DNA from: Daphnia carinata
Lineage: Eukaryota
Direction of reading: 5' to 3'
Length of the DNA stretch: 64,000 nt
Assembly (NCBI RefSeq): GCF_022539665.2
Contig: NC_081333.1
Coordinates: 9,052,001 to 9,116,000, forward strand
This document shows, piece after piece, positions 1 through 11,945 of this stretch (the stretch's first letter is position 1; each line of letters begins with the position of its first letter). The position numbers and the translations under genes are program-made. The notes under the pieces are model-generated. The model was not told the DNA's origin, did not search any database, and worked only from the letters and a program-made list of their open reading frames with translations.

Positions 1-356
1 CTGAGAAAGCGTAGAGTAATCTGTTGCCCCATTATAACATCACTGCACCACGCAAAAACATAGAAATATCAGTTAAGAAGTCAGGTCCCCTGGTTTAATG
101 GACCCCTGTGTCTCGAGAAACTAACTCACTGATCTTGCTTCAACAATGAAGTTCAGAGTAGGAACAACAACTGAGAATAGGAACTACTGTACCTCATTTC
201 AGTTATTTGATACACAAATTTGCAAAGCAAGATCAGAGAGGAGTTTACTTTTCAGGCACAATATTTACAAGCAATACAACCAAGGAGTTGTTTTTTTTTC
301 TTTCTCAAAATAGTGGGTTTTAGGGTTCTAGAGACATTATCTCATTAAATACTTAC

Positions 357-580
357 AGTTGAGGCCAAGATTTCATGAGGGCAGCATCCCAGCAAAAAAC
401 TCTTGCAGACCTTAGGATCGGTGAACTTGACGTTGTATCGAGAACTCTCGCCTATTTAATTAAAAACATGGGTAAATTGAAAAACGAAATCTTGTTTTAA
501 AACGTTTACTGTTAGTTACCATCCCTCGTCGTTCCCATTAATTGGTCTAACATAGCTCTCATCTGGTCTTTGGCAGACAT
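357..580 (-). CDS. LUC7L: LUC7-like U1 snRNP-associated splicing factor, first two coding exons (580-520, 451-357); gene continues off the left edge
   Basis: Spliced translation MSAKDQMRAMLDQLMGTTRDG-ESSRYNVKFTDPKVCKSFLLGCCPHEILAST matches the LUC7L/LUC7L2 N-terminus and first zinc finger. The intron is GT-AG and in frame. Confidence 0.92.
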
Positions 581-1091
581 TCTGCTTTAAGATATTTTGA
601 CTGGTCGATATTTTTAAAGTTATAAAGTAAACACTGTTTGTAGTCCAACTATTAAAAGTAGAAATCAAACTGAATAATGCACAATGCGCAAACTATATGC
701 CCTGACAACTACAGACCCTCAGGCGACGCTACAGTATTTTCTTGTTTCTAAACAGTATCAGCTAACAGCAGTTCAACGCTGTCAAGTGGTAAGAAAAGCT
801 TCTTCTTGCTCGCATATTACGGAAATACAAATTCACGCATCACGTGACCGTTTTATTATCCTATCAGGTATGCATTTTTATCAATAGGTGGCTTGGGTTT
901 TGGCTCTCATTTCTGACTGTTTTTCTTTCTGAAAAGAACATCGGTTTTTTCGAGTTCGCCAGGACGTGGTTATCTGTGAAAGTCTCTCTTGAGTTCCTGA
1001 CGGTTGAATAATATTTACTGGACAGGCTGAGATCCAGTCTGTAACTTTATATTGCTCTGTAAAGGCGATATACTCTGAGGAACCGAATGTG

Positions 1092-4000
1092 ATGGTGGAA
1101 GAAGATTTTGAGCAAATCCTTCGTGAATGGAATTCGATTGCGGAAAACATACCTGGAGAGACTTTTGCAACGTTGATTAGTCGAACCAAGAATATTCTTA
1201 GCTGCTTTCAAGGTTAGTCAATCCATCACAAGTCGTAAATGGTTCTGTGAGTCGTATGGACAGGTTTCTAAATTAACAAGTGGGTATGTGTGGTTTTGTA
1301 GATGCAAAGGGGTTGCGGCAGTTCGTAGAAAGGCTATATAATTCGATAGCTTTCCCAGGGTTGGCGAATCTTCTCAAGGTATGGCAGTTTCAATTTGTTT
1401 ATCATATGCAATTTCAAGAATAAGCTCTTCTATATGTAACGAAAAATAAGAATTTTGGTCTTCCTCATACACACGTAATAGAGAAAACCGTACGTGGGAG
1501 CCAAAGAGGCCAGGCAAATAGCCAAAAAAAATGTAGTTCATTTCCTTCCGCCAGGAGGCAGGTGTTTTTCGACACCGAACCAGCCACGGTTTAATTTGCC
1601 GATATTTTAAAAGACATCAAGCTATAGTGTATGACATCACAGTGGACTTGTTTCAATGTTAAAAAACAGATTAGTATCACATAAAATACTTTTTTTTTGC
1701 CGACTTACTGATTGGCTTATTATTGTTTGTCATCAACTTTAGCTTCAGTCGCTGCAATTACAAATGCATGAGTATGGCCTGTCGAATCTAACTATTCATT
1801 TAAAGCACGATCCACTGAGATATCGTATCTTTTGCTGTAGCAGTGCTCTTCCGAACAATTTCCATGATTTATTTTTTTTTAAATCATAATTTTAATTTCT
1901 TTTAGAGTTTTCTGCCGTTTAGCGATAAATACCATTAGCCAAACTACTTCCTAACGTAGCACAATAAATATTTCATCCTTTATACCCTTTGACAGATAAC
2001 AAGGAATAATCAAATTCGGGGTGATATATTATATATTATCCAAGCAATTTTTGAAGTTCTTTTGGCAACTAAAAAAGGTATGTACCAACAACATGTATTT
2101 CATATAAATACATAAAATGCAAATAATAAACAAATAACATTTGAAATGTAGATACGCCATTTTTGAGTGTGGTGAGCCCTACGTTACTACTATTATGGCC
2201 TATACTAATCGAATTGGCATTCGAATTTGGGTTTTCCGTACTAACAGAACACCGCTTTTTAGCTTTGGACATTCTAAATCACATTTTTAAAAATAGTAAG
2301 AATTATATAAATCCTTGAACATTAGTGTCATGCGTATATCTTTCGTTGCAGGTCTGCCAACATTTCTGTAACAGCGCACATAGATTTTTGAAACTCGGAT
2401 AAACTAAAAAAAAAAAAATTATATGATAACAGACGAGAAGGTGGTTTGAAGTATTTTTTGTTACCATTCTCAAGTTTTTTTTTATGCCTTGGCAGAGACA
2501 AATGCATTGACTGTTTGCCAACGCCAAACGGTCGAAGCAAACCAGCTAGTCCTCGACGTTCTAAAGTTGCTCGAGTCAAAGAGTGGTAACCGAAAGCTGA
2601 CACTGAAACAGCACAAATGCGCTGCGTCCATTTTATCGAGCATTTCCCGGCACAGTAATCCCGATTTCATTTTTATTTTTGTAACTGAGATTCTTCTTTC
2701 GATTAAAGCGTAAGATATCGTTGGCGTTGTTTTGATATTTCAGAAGAAGGACGCCAACTAATTATCGAAGCCAAAGTCGTAGAACGCTTGCACGCTTTCT
2801 TGCTTATGATTCAAAATGAAAAAAATCGCGACACCATCATCTACAAAATTGGGCAGACTATTCTTAGATGTGGTCCACTTCATGATCTACTTGTAACAGG
2901 ATGCAAATACTCTGCTCTCAGCTACTCGCCTTTTGGATCTTCCGCATTGTCAGGTTCAATACTAATATGCCATACTGTTTTTTCTCTCACCTGTCGCTGA
3001 TGCACCTGGGCGAAATTTGTTCTGAATAATCTTGACAATTCTTAAAATTAGGCGATACCGCGTCCTCGGATTCGAGTGAAGAAAGCGAAGAAGAGGAAGA
3101 GACAGGAAAAAGTTCTCTTCCAGATTCTCGTACGTGTTCGTTCACCAATGGCACAAAAAAGAAGTCAAAGAAATGCCATCCACCACTGAATCCATACCGA
3201 AGTGCTGAAGAGCTGGAACAATATCGGCAGCATTTCGATTCCACTGAGCAAGACAACGAAGATGAGCTAACAAATGCGTCTCAATCGATAGGGTCAGGTT
3301 GGACCCGCCAGCAAATTTATGAATATTTTGCTCGTCGAACCAAATCCATCCATGGTTTTCGTCTTATTCCGTGTCCGGATTGGATTAATGCGGTTGGAAA
3401 CATAGCTGAAGAGCCCTTCTTCATAAAAGATCGCACTGTGTGCAGGTATTCAAATAACGCCATTAAAAATAAATTTCCATTGTCAATAACGGAGAATATG
3501 TCGTTTTAGGAGTAAATTATTCAAGTCATTAAACTTGGTTTTAAATCCAAATTCGTATCGGCCGGTAGTCGTTTACGACCTTGACGCTCAGTTGTTGGAA
3601 GCCGAGCAAACACGCTCAATCCGCATGGAAGATATTGAAACGATATCAAAACATCACATAGGCAAACCCGATGTACCGCTGGAATTTGAATCGCGCTTTG
3701 AAAGTGGCAACCTCCGTCGTGCTATGCGGGTATGAGAGAGATCTTTGTTCAATTTTGACGAAATTCATCAGCCCTAATATCCCTAACAGGTTGGAAAACA
3801 GGAGTATGATCTGATATTGAATTCTGACGTGAATTCATGTGGACGTCAACAGTGGTTCTACTTTCGAATTTCTGGTGAAGGTGTATGTCCATCCAACACG
3901 TACACTTTCAATATTATAAATTTGGAGAAACAACGAACACTGTTTAATCAAGGTCTCGTTGCTAATCTTCACAGAACATTTACCGTTCTATCCATATTAT

Positions 4001-7000
4001 ATTTGTTTGCGTGAGGATGAACAAATATTTCCCTTTGTTTACGATCCATATTCGACGTTGGACTCAGGCATGCAACCCGTGATATTCTCTGTGAAGCGTT
4101 ACTTGGCGTCCGGCTATCCACTTTGGGAGCGCAGTGGCACGTCTATATGTTATTATCGCAACGGCTTCCGACAAACTGTTGCCGATCAGTCTTATTGGAG
4201 CCTTTCATTCACGTAGACTTTGTTTATTGTCCATCTATTAACTCCATCAGTACGGTGTCATTTTAACATTATGTTTACAGCCTTCGGTTCCCATACGATA
4301 ACGACGTCGTATATATTGCCTATCACTATCCGTATACCTACAGTCAACTAATGGTAAGCAAAATATTTCTGCCGTAAAACTGACGATTAACACACGATAC
4401 AAATATCTTATTTGTTCTTTCCAGACAGATACCGTTACATGGCAAAGAAGCATTTTTCCCCTTAAAGACGATCGTTTACGCGTGACTACTCTTTGTCGCT
4501 CTCCCTGTGGGAACCTTGTTCCTTTGTTACTCATTGACTACAAAGGAGATGCAAAGGTATAGGCACTACACTTGATCCGAATGCTTTGTTACCAACACGT
4601 ATGCTAACCTACATCTTTTAACTGTCCCCCTCCGTGTGATTTTATGTTCAATGATTGCGATGACTTGCGGATGCTTATGGGGCTAGTCCTCTTGCGTTTT
4701 TATGTCTCGAGTCCATCCTGGCGAATCGAACTCCTCGTGGGTAATGAGAGGCCTCATCATCACAGCTCTGCAGAATGTGGTTGACTCCAAGCAAGCGCAT
4801 CCTCTTGTGATCCTGCCGATGTTGAATGTCGACGGGACGGTGCATGGATGGTACGTTCCAAATCTTTTCCATTAACTAATGCTAAGTTAGTTCACCCACT
4901 GCTTATTTACACACGCACGTAACGGCTAATGGGTCAAACGCTTGGTGCAAGAATACCTTGTTATTCAGTCGCCTGTTTTTAGTAGCCATTGTTTTGCATA
5001 GCGGAAGCCTAAAGAGTTGAAAACAACCTAGTATCGAGGCCAACGTTTAAGTTATATTAAAAATGTATTGAAGCAAGTTAACCAACCATTTCAAAGAGAC
5101 ATAAATTAAAGAACCAATGGCCCAGTAAGGTAAAATTCGGTGAGCGTACGTTAGGTTAAGTAATTCAAAGCCATACGACGATGATGATGCATAAAGTTTT
5201 CTCCCTTCTTATTTCACACTTTGATGAATTTTTACGCTAAGGAGCACTGCAAGCTTTATCGAGCTGTGTGTCCCGTAGGCGTCGTAGATAACGCCGCGAA
5301 GGGGTTGAAATTGTAGAAGTAACAGCGCGTTTGCTCACAAATGAAATGGTTATTCTGGGCACAGTTCTCGGCTCGCCAAGTTTGCGTTTGGTCGGTTACC
5401 AATAGACAGTTGGAGTCGGTTGATCTAAATGCAGCGTACGAAACAAAAGAAAAATGAAAGATGACATTGCAGAACTACGTAAATAAAGTAACAGTCACTT
5501 GAGAAAAAAACGATGCGTTTCAAGGCACAGCGAGAATTCATAGAAAAGGAGTTAATGACCGATAAAAGATATAGGAAAAAATTTTATCCGCTTTGTTTAA
5601 ATTCCCCAGTGAATGTATCAGCGACTAACTGCAAGTTATTTAGCAAGTCCGCGTTAGAATGCCCCTTTTTCCTGCTGGCTTTTTATTCGGGGAGTTTAAT
5701 GTTTTTGTTGGGAACAGCGCGTGTAATCAATACGAAAAAGGAATAAAGCGGCTGAATTAAACCCACCGACTAGGTTCCAGTCCGTTGGGCCAGTAGTTAA
5801 AAGTGCCGTTAAATGGGGAGCCGTTACTCAGCCAGAGCCAAGTGCTAGTCCCCAGTGTATTTCCAGACGTCCAAAAATCCGCCGCAGATGACCCTAAATG
5901 CATAATTTAGCCGTTTTAATCAATATCTTCAAAGCCGAAAGCCATTTAAACTGCGATATATACGTAGACACGATGCAAAATGTCGAAAAACTTGGAAAAA
6001 CAATCGTCTCAATTTTGTCGTTGAACAAAATTAATTTAATTCTTGAGAGAAGCCGACATTTTTACCTGGGCGAAGATAATCGGCTAATTGCTGGGCCTCC
6101 TCGGCAGATTCCAAGCTTATAAGCTCCATCGCAATTGTTCGACAGTATCTTGAGGGAGAAAAGGTTTTTTTTTAATGTTACGTGGCGAATTAAAACAAAC
6201 TTGTTTTCCAATGTCAATCTTACTGGTAAGCCAAATGAAAATTAAGACGGGGGGCGTAAGGGTTTTGCCAAGAGATGAAATATCTGTTGTCGCCGATTTT
6301 CGCAGTGGAAATACGTTGACCCGCTACCAAGAAAACAAAAGAAAAACCTGTTTAGCGCTTCAAGTGTAGTTGTTCGTGTGAACTATAATTGATAGAACGC
6401 AACTGTCATGTGGTAAAAAAAAACTTATTTGAAAAATGTAATTTTTCCCTACAGGTGCATATTTAATTAGTTTTCAGTGCAAGGGTATAATTTTAAAAGT
6501 AACAAGTTAAACATTTCGTATTTTTCTCGAGGGGACAACTCTAAGGGGGCTGATTATTCACATTTGTCTGCTTTTCAAGTGTGTCTATGTGAAAAACAGC
6601 TCTATGATTAAACCAAAGAATAATTCGAACATTTCCTTGATCTTACAACTCGAAAGCCTTGGCGGTAGTTTTCAAAAATGGAAAATTGAATTCAAAAGAA
6701 TAATCAGAGTAATTGCTTTTTTATTTGAAAGTTAGAGCAGCATTAAAAAAAAAAAATCTTTGAAAGTGATTTGATTGAATTGATCAGAAGATGAAAGAGT
6801 TTCAGAACCAATCGCAAAGACTTACCTGTAATGGCTGCAAAAAAAGACAAGAAAAAGATGCAACATGAAATCCTTGCCATCGTTTTTTGATTGTTGTTGA
6901 AGTCCTAGCTCGATAATGGAAACACTACTGTAGATGTGCTTCTTCCCGATCTAAAACGTGAACTGCCTCGTAGTCAGCGCCTTCCTCACATTTTTATATG

Positions 7001-9497
7001 AAGCGTCCACTTTTATGGTTTTCTCTTCATCGGAAGAATGACTAGTGATTCTGTGGTGCTGATTGGCTCTGGAGTAATACCTAGCCGTGGGGTGTTAACT
7101 GTACACATACACAAAAAAATTATTTCAATTTAGCCTTTCAGATGCGCTAGCAAGGTTCAGAAAAAAAAAACAGCTCAATGACTTCCAAAGCAGCAGCTAT
7201 TAACGCTGACTGCCAGGAAAATTGGGAAAAAAATGAGTGTATTAAAAAGGACGATTGCGGTCGTTTCCTGACTAGCGCTCCTTATAACGTAGCGGGAATG
7301 TGCTATTCAAAACGGAAAACCGCGACTGGATTCCGGAAACCGTTCAAAGACCTACAGGATGGAAGCGAATTATGCTTTTCGTCTTGTCAGAGAAGGTTGT
7401 GTCTTTCAAGGTATTAGCTAGAAAAAAAAATCAAAATTTTTAAACTGAAGGGACCTCCAGATCTTGTTGTTTGGCAAAGCATATAAGTATGTCCTTAGCA
7501 GTAAACAGAATATTTATAAGTTCAAGCGTAACAAAAGCACGTGTAGTTTGGTATTTTTATAATGATGCTTTTCCGTGCTAAAATAAAAACTTAGTATAGG
7601 AAATGAACGTTGTACTTGTGTACTATATTGCGTGGCCTTTATATTTTAAAAATCTATATACCTACATTGAATCGCGGACGGCAACCAGTAAAATCGTAAA
7701 TATTTTTTTATGATTGTGTGCTAAAATTTTGTGTAACAAGCGAATAGGGAAGTGAGTCGTTGCAAAATTTGAAAAAAATTAGATCAAGTACTAGACACAA
7801 ATTTTTAGATCTTAAACCTTAGGAAGGCCGTCCCCTTAATTTTTTTTTTAATATTTAGTAACGTTGAATAGTTGCGTTACCACATATTGTACAATTCTAA
7901 AGTTTTCTTTCATTTTGCAGTAGTCGGACTGAGTTAAGTAACGAGGATCTAAACCGACGTTGGCTAACGCCTGAGTATGTTACTTTTATAGTATTTTCCT
8001 TGCACAATGGAAAAAATGATTAATGTTATTTTCTGTTTTCGTTTTCATGTTGTTATCATACAAATCAGCTTGTATCGCCATCCAACCATTTACCACGCCA
8101 AGGTATTAATTCATCGCTCAATGTCATACATATATTTTTTTGTTGTTGTTGTCTAGTCGTTAAACGCTTTTTGCATTTTTGGCAGGGTTTACTCGAGTTC
8201 ATGTGCCGGATCCTTGATGCCAAGCCCGTCGTGCTTTGTGATATGCACGGTCATTCCCGCCGCTTCAATGCTTTTGTCTATGGATGTAAAGCTTCACAGA
8301 GTTGGTGTCCGGACGATTGGTCACAGATGAATGGCCAAGGTGACCATTCTGCCATGGAGCAGAAGAACGATGAACGTGACAATGATGTCGCCATCCCCAT
8401 ACCGGTAATTTTTTGTTGCTTCGTTTTGTAAGTGGAGTTAATCTCCTGTAGTATTTTTATTCTTTTGTTTTTATTGCCTAGCTTAGAATCCCCGTTAGAG
8501 GTGTAGGGTGTGTTACGAAAAACTTTCGATCCTATTTGTATATGCCTTAAGAGTCCCGTTCGAATTGAAGGTGGGAGAGTTGTGGCTATTCAAATAGGTC
8601 ACACAGCTCATGGGAAGTAAATAAAACGTCTATCCTTATGGTCAGTGTTTCGGAAAAATTTTTGCAAGTTCTTTTCCCATGAAATTGTGTTGGATGATAG
8701 GTTGCAATGTTCAACATGTCCTAGTTGTCTTACTTCATTTGCTAATGTATATATCTTCCCAAAGTGTCGCTAGCACTATTTACGATATCCTTAAAGATTT
8801 GTATTTTTGCATGGGTCCGCATTTTTTACCATCTTCCGGAATAACAATGATTTATCTCTCTTTCGTTTTCATGTGTATCTTCGTCGAAAACGATATAATA
8901 GCTTTTCGTGCGACTACTGCAATCGGAATTGCCTCTTTTCGATACAGACCAGTGTTCCTTTGAAGTTGAAAAAAATCGTGAAACTACTGCCAGAATCGTG
9001 GGATGGCGTCATCTAGGCATCAGCAACATCTACACTTTGGAGTGCAGTCTAGCTGGGTCTAACCAACATCCTCCACAGGTAACTGCATTTCGAAGTAATA
9101 ACGTAGACCGCTTCATACGATTTATTTTTCACCTTTTCTGCACAACGATTTGGGACATCCCCTAGTCCCGAGAATACTGATTTCAAGTTATTCTTCATAA
9201 AAGAAATTTTTTTTTACGGAAACCAAAAAGGACTGTAGGAAATGTAGTTTCGTAGTAAGTTCGTTTTCCAGTAGCATTCAGTTCTTTATTCGTCGTAGAA
9301 CGATAGCGACTTACGCGAAAACAAAGACGACCTGTATCACTAGAAATTAAGGATGTAGTGCCTAAATCATAACTTCAAAAAGGATGTACCTATGACTACT
9401 GATTGTTGTTTTTTCACAGGGTCCCAAGCACTTCAGCACAACCAGCTACCTACAAATCGGGCAAGCACTTATGAAAGTTACTAGCATAATAGATTGA
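1092..9497 (+). CDS. AGTPBP1: Cytosolic carboxypeptidase 1-like (M14D, Nna1/AGTPBP1 family tubulin deglutamylase), multi-exon; start and 5' exons uncertain
   Basis: Exons encode FESRFESGNL, WFYF, YPYTYS, RVHPGESNSSW, PMLNVDG, GCSRTELSNEDLNR (joined across intron 4851-7920), DMHGHS and YTLECS. Last exon 9420-9497 ends in TGA. I could not build a clean frame through 1750-2000. Confidence 0.85.
5256..6880 (-). CDS. Secreted single-domain C-type lectin, 177 aa, 5 exons (6880-6826, 6323-6224, 6148-6066, 5893-5767, 5424-5256), nested in the carboxypeptidase intron
   Basis: All four introns are GT-AG and phase-consistent (534 nt total). Translation: MARISCCIFFLSFFAAITAG (signal peptide) QRISTAKIGDNRYFISWQNPYAPRLNFHLAYQYCRTIAMELISLESAEE...FWTSGN...WLW...FNYWPNGLEPS...NCLL...W...NC...FICEQTRCYFYN, the CTLD Cys/Trp pattern. 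Confidence 0.9.
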
Positions 9498-11945
9498 TAA
9501 CCAGATAACATTTGTAGCAGGCACATTAGGTGGTATAATGAAACTTCATAAATAGCTGAGGTAAAGACATGTCTTCTAGAACTATTATGTTTATGCCCTT
9601 GCCAGAGTTGTAAACAGTCTTGTTTTGTTTGTTATAAATGATTGATTAATGCATTTGTCCTTACAAATCTATTTCCACTGACAATTCATTATAAACATAT
9701 ACCACTGCTGCAGAAGATGAGACTATAATAAATAGGGATAAAAAAGGGAATTGTGTTTGTTTCATTAAGTTGGGCTGATATTTGTCTAATATACAATCAG
9801 CCAGATCACTGATGTATATGGTACAGCAATCTTCGGAACAATCCTGTGATGAAAAGCGTTAGGATTCAAAAAGTGAGAAATCAATGTTCATCCATAAGAG
9901 AGTGAATCTCTAGAACTGTTTAAAACATATTTTCATCATACACAACAGGAACAACCTTAATAGTTCATCAAATGCAAGATAATAGGTGGGCAATATAGTT
10001 TGAAAGTAAATAACATCATGCCAAATGAATATGCAAATTCTTTAAAACAACTGTATCTTTTGATGTTCAATTTTGGTTTCAGCTTGATCCAAAAATTCGG
10101 AAGGCTCATTTGGCTTTGTCATTGTTTTTTTTTTTAAATCTGTGGATGCCTCTCATGCACGCGCTCACCTTTATTGTTGTTGTTGTTTTGAATTGTGATA
10201 GTACGGCGTAGTCTGCTATGAAAGAGGTTCACTGTTTTAAAATGGTACTTCAAGAAGCCAAATGCTTTTTCTTGAACATGTGCATTACAATTGCTATTTT
10301 TTTAATTTAAAAACTCAGTAATCGGAATTTTTTTGTATTATTAAAATTTAGCTATCAAGAATATTTGTTGATATTCCGCCTATCCAAATTTGTTTGGCAA
10401 CGATGCGTGCATTGCGATATCAATTTTTCGTGCTGCTAGAATAAGGCCTGATCTCCCAAGGTAATTTCCAAAGAAGCCTACGACAAACTCTCGCGGGAAC
10501 CAGGACTTGCATCAAATTATGGTGGACTAGTTAATTCGTTAGCGACAACGATAGAAATTTCGGCATTATCTCCTGATCCTTCATTTATTTGTGGCTCCAT
10601 TTACATTGTTTTGGAATGAACATACTAAATGATATATAACAGGTATTCTTATTAAGTATTTCAAACTAACCACGCACGATATCTTTGACATGCACTATAA
10701 TCGGCAATTCCACGAAACCACAAGTAGTGAGGTTAATCATTATAAGGCAATCGATGTATTCATCTTCGAAAATGTTTTTTCATTGGGCGAGCCTAACGAG
10801 TTTATTGTTGGTTATGAATAGGTAACTAAGCAGCAAGTAGGTTGCTCTGGTTTTCCATTTCAATACAAGATTCAGTTTACGTGGTTTACCATATTTGCTA
10901 AGTAACTGAAGAAAAAAGAAAAACACTTACGTCAATTGGTTCTTATTCACGAGGTCAATGTTTCACTTCATAAACAACTCAATGGTTTCAGGCTGATACT
11001 TCATGAATCTCAGCTGGAGTAACGTATACACACGACGAGTATATTTGATACATAAGCCACATTTCTTTGAGTGTTCGAGAAGCGTCGGACGTGATCGGAT
11101 GGATGACGAGAAACTTACCAGGCTGCCGAAAGCTGCGCCACGAAAATATAAACGGTAGATTTTTTTAAGGTTATGTGAAAATATGCACGTGTCTTCACTT
11201 CAATCGTTTTCGATTGATTGTTTCAACTAGCTTAGCTGCCTGGCTAGCGTTTGTCATTGTGGTAGAGCGCTCACGTATCGTTTCGTGGTAACCAGCCAAA
11301 AACAGCTTTATAATTATAAATTTTTCAGATACGTCATATTTGGCTAAAAACGCGTAAGAAGATTTTAATTTCGAGCCGAAAACCTCTTAGACGTTTGCCT
11401 AAAATCCAGTTATAGTCTCATAGGCTATTAACGAATTTTCAGTAACTTTTAAGTTAGAGCGATCAAGCCGATCATAGATGTCGTTGTCTAAGGGTAGGAA
11501 TGTGAAAATGAAGTCAGAGAACGGCAGGCGTGTAACAGGCCTTCAAAGTATTTGCAATTGCAGCAGCCATCCTTCCCTGAAAAAGCCGGAACCTTCCCGT
11601 ACCCGCTTAGTATAAATTGAAACTTTGAGATGAAAGCACACGAAAAACGTCAGGGACGCCATGTTATTAGATCTAAAAAGATCAGTATTTTTTGTGTTTA
11701 TTGTTTTGGATTAACTTCACATTTCGATCCAGGCTAAATGGCAGTTTTTTCTTCCTCCCGCTCGTATCAATAATATAATAGCCATAAAATTTGATAACAA
11801 CCGATTCTCGCTTAATATACGGTCGAAGTGGATATAAGGTTCGAACGTTGACCATCTGCTCTTTATGTCACATTATTTGCCTCCCGGAACCATGACATGC
11901 GGTTACCGTGTACCAATCAGAAAAAGCTGGTGAAAAAACTGTGAA

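Noticed and set aside
1825..1995. U12-like donor GTATCTTT in the carboxypeptidase 5' region
   Set aside because: No convincing branch point, and I could not obtain an in-frame junction.
4851..7920. Transposon insertion explaining the long intron
   Set aside because: Only a chance 9-bp inverted match. The nested lectin gene explains the size.
10138..10290. H/ACA snoRNA or SECIS element
   Set aside because: Pocket-to-box spacing is about 10 nt rather than 14-16, and there is no associated selenoprotein ORF.
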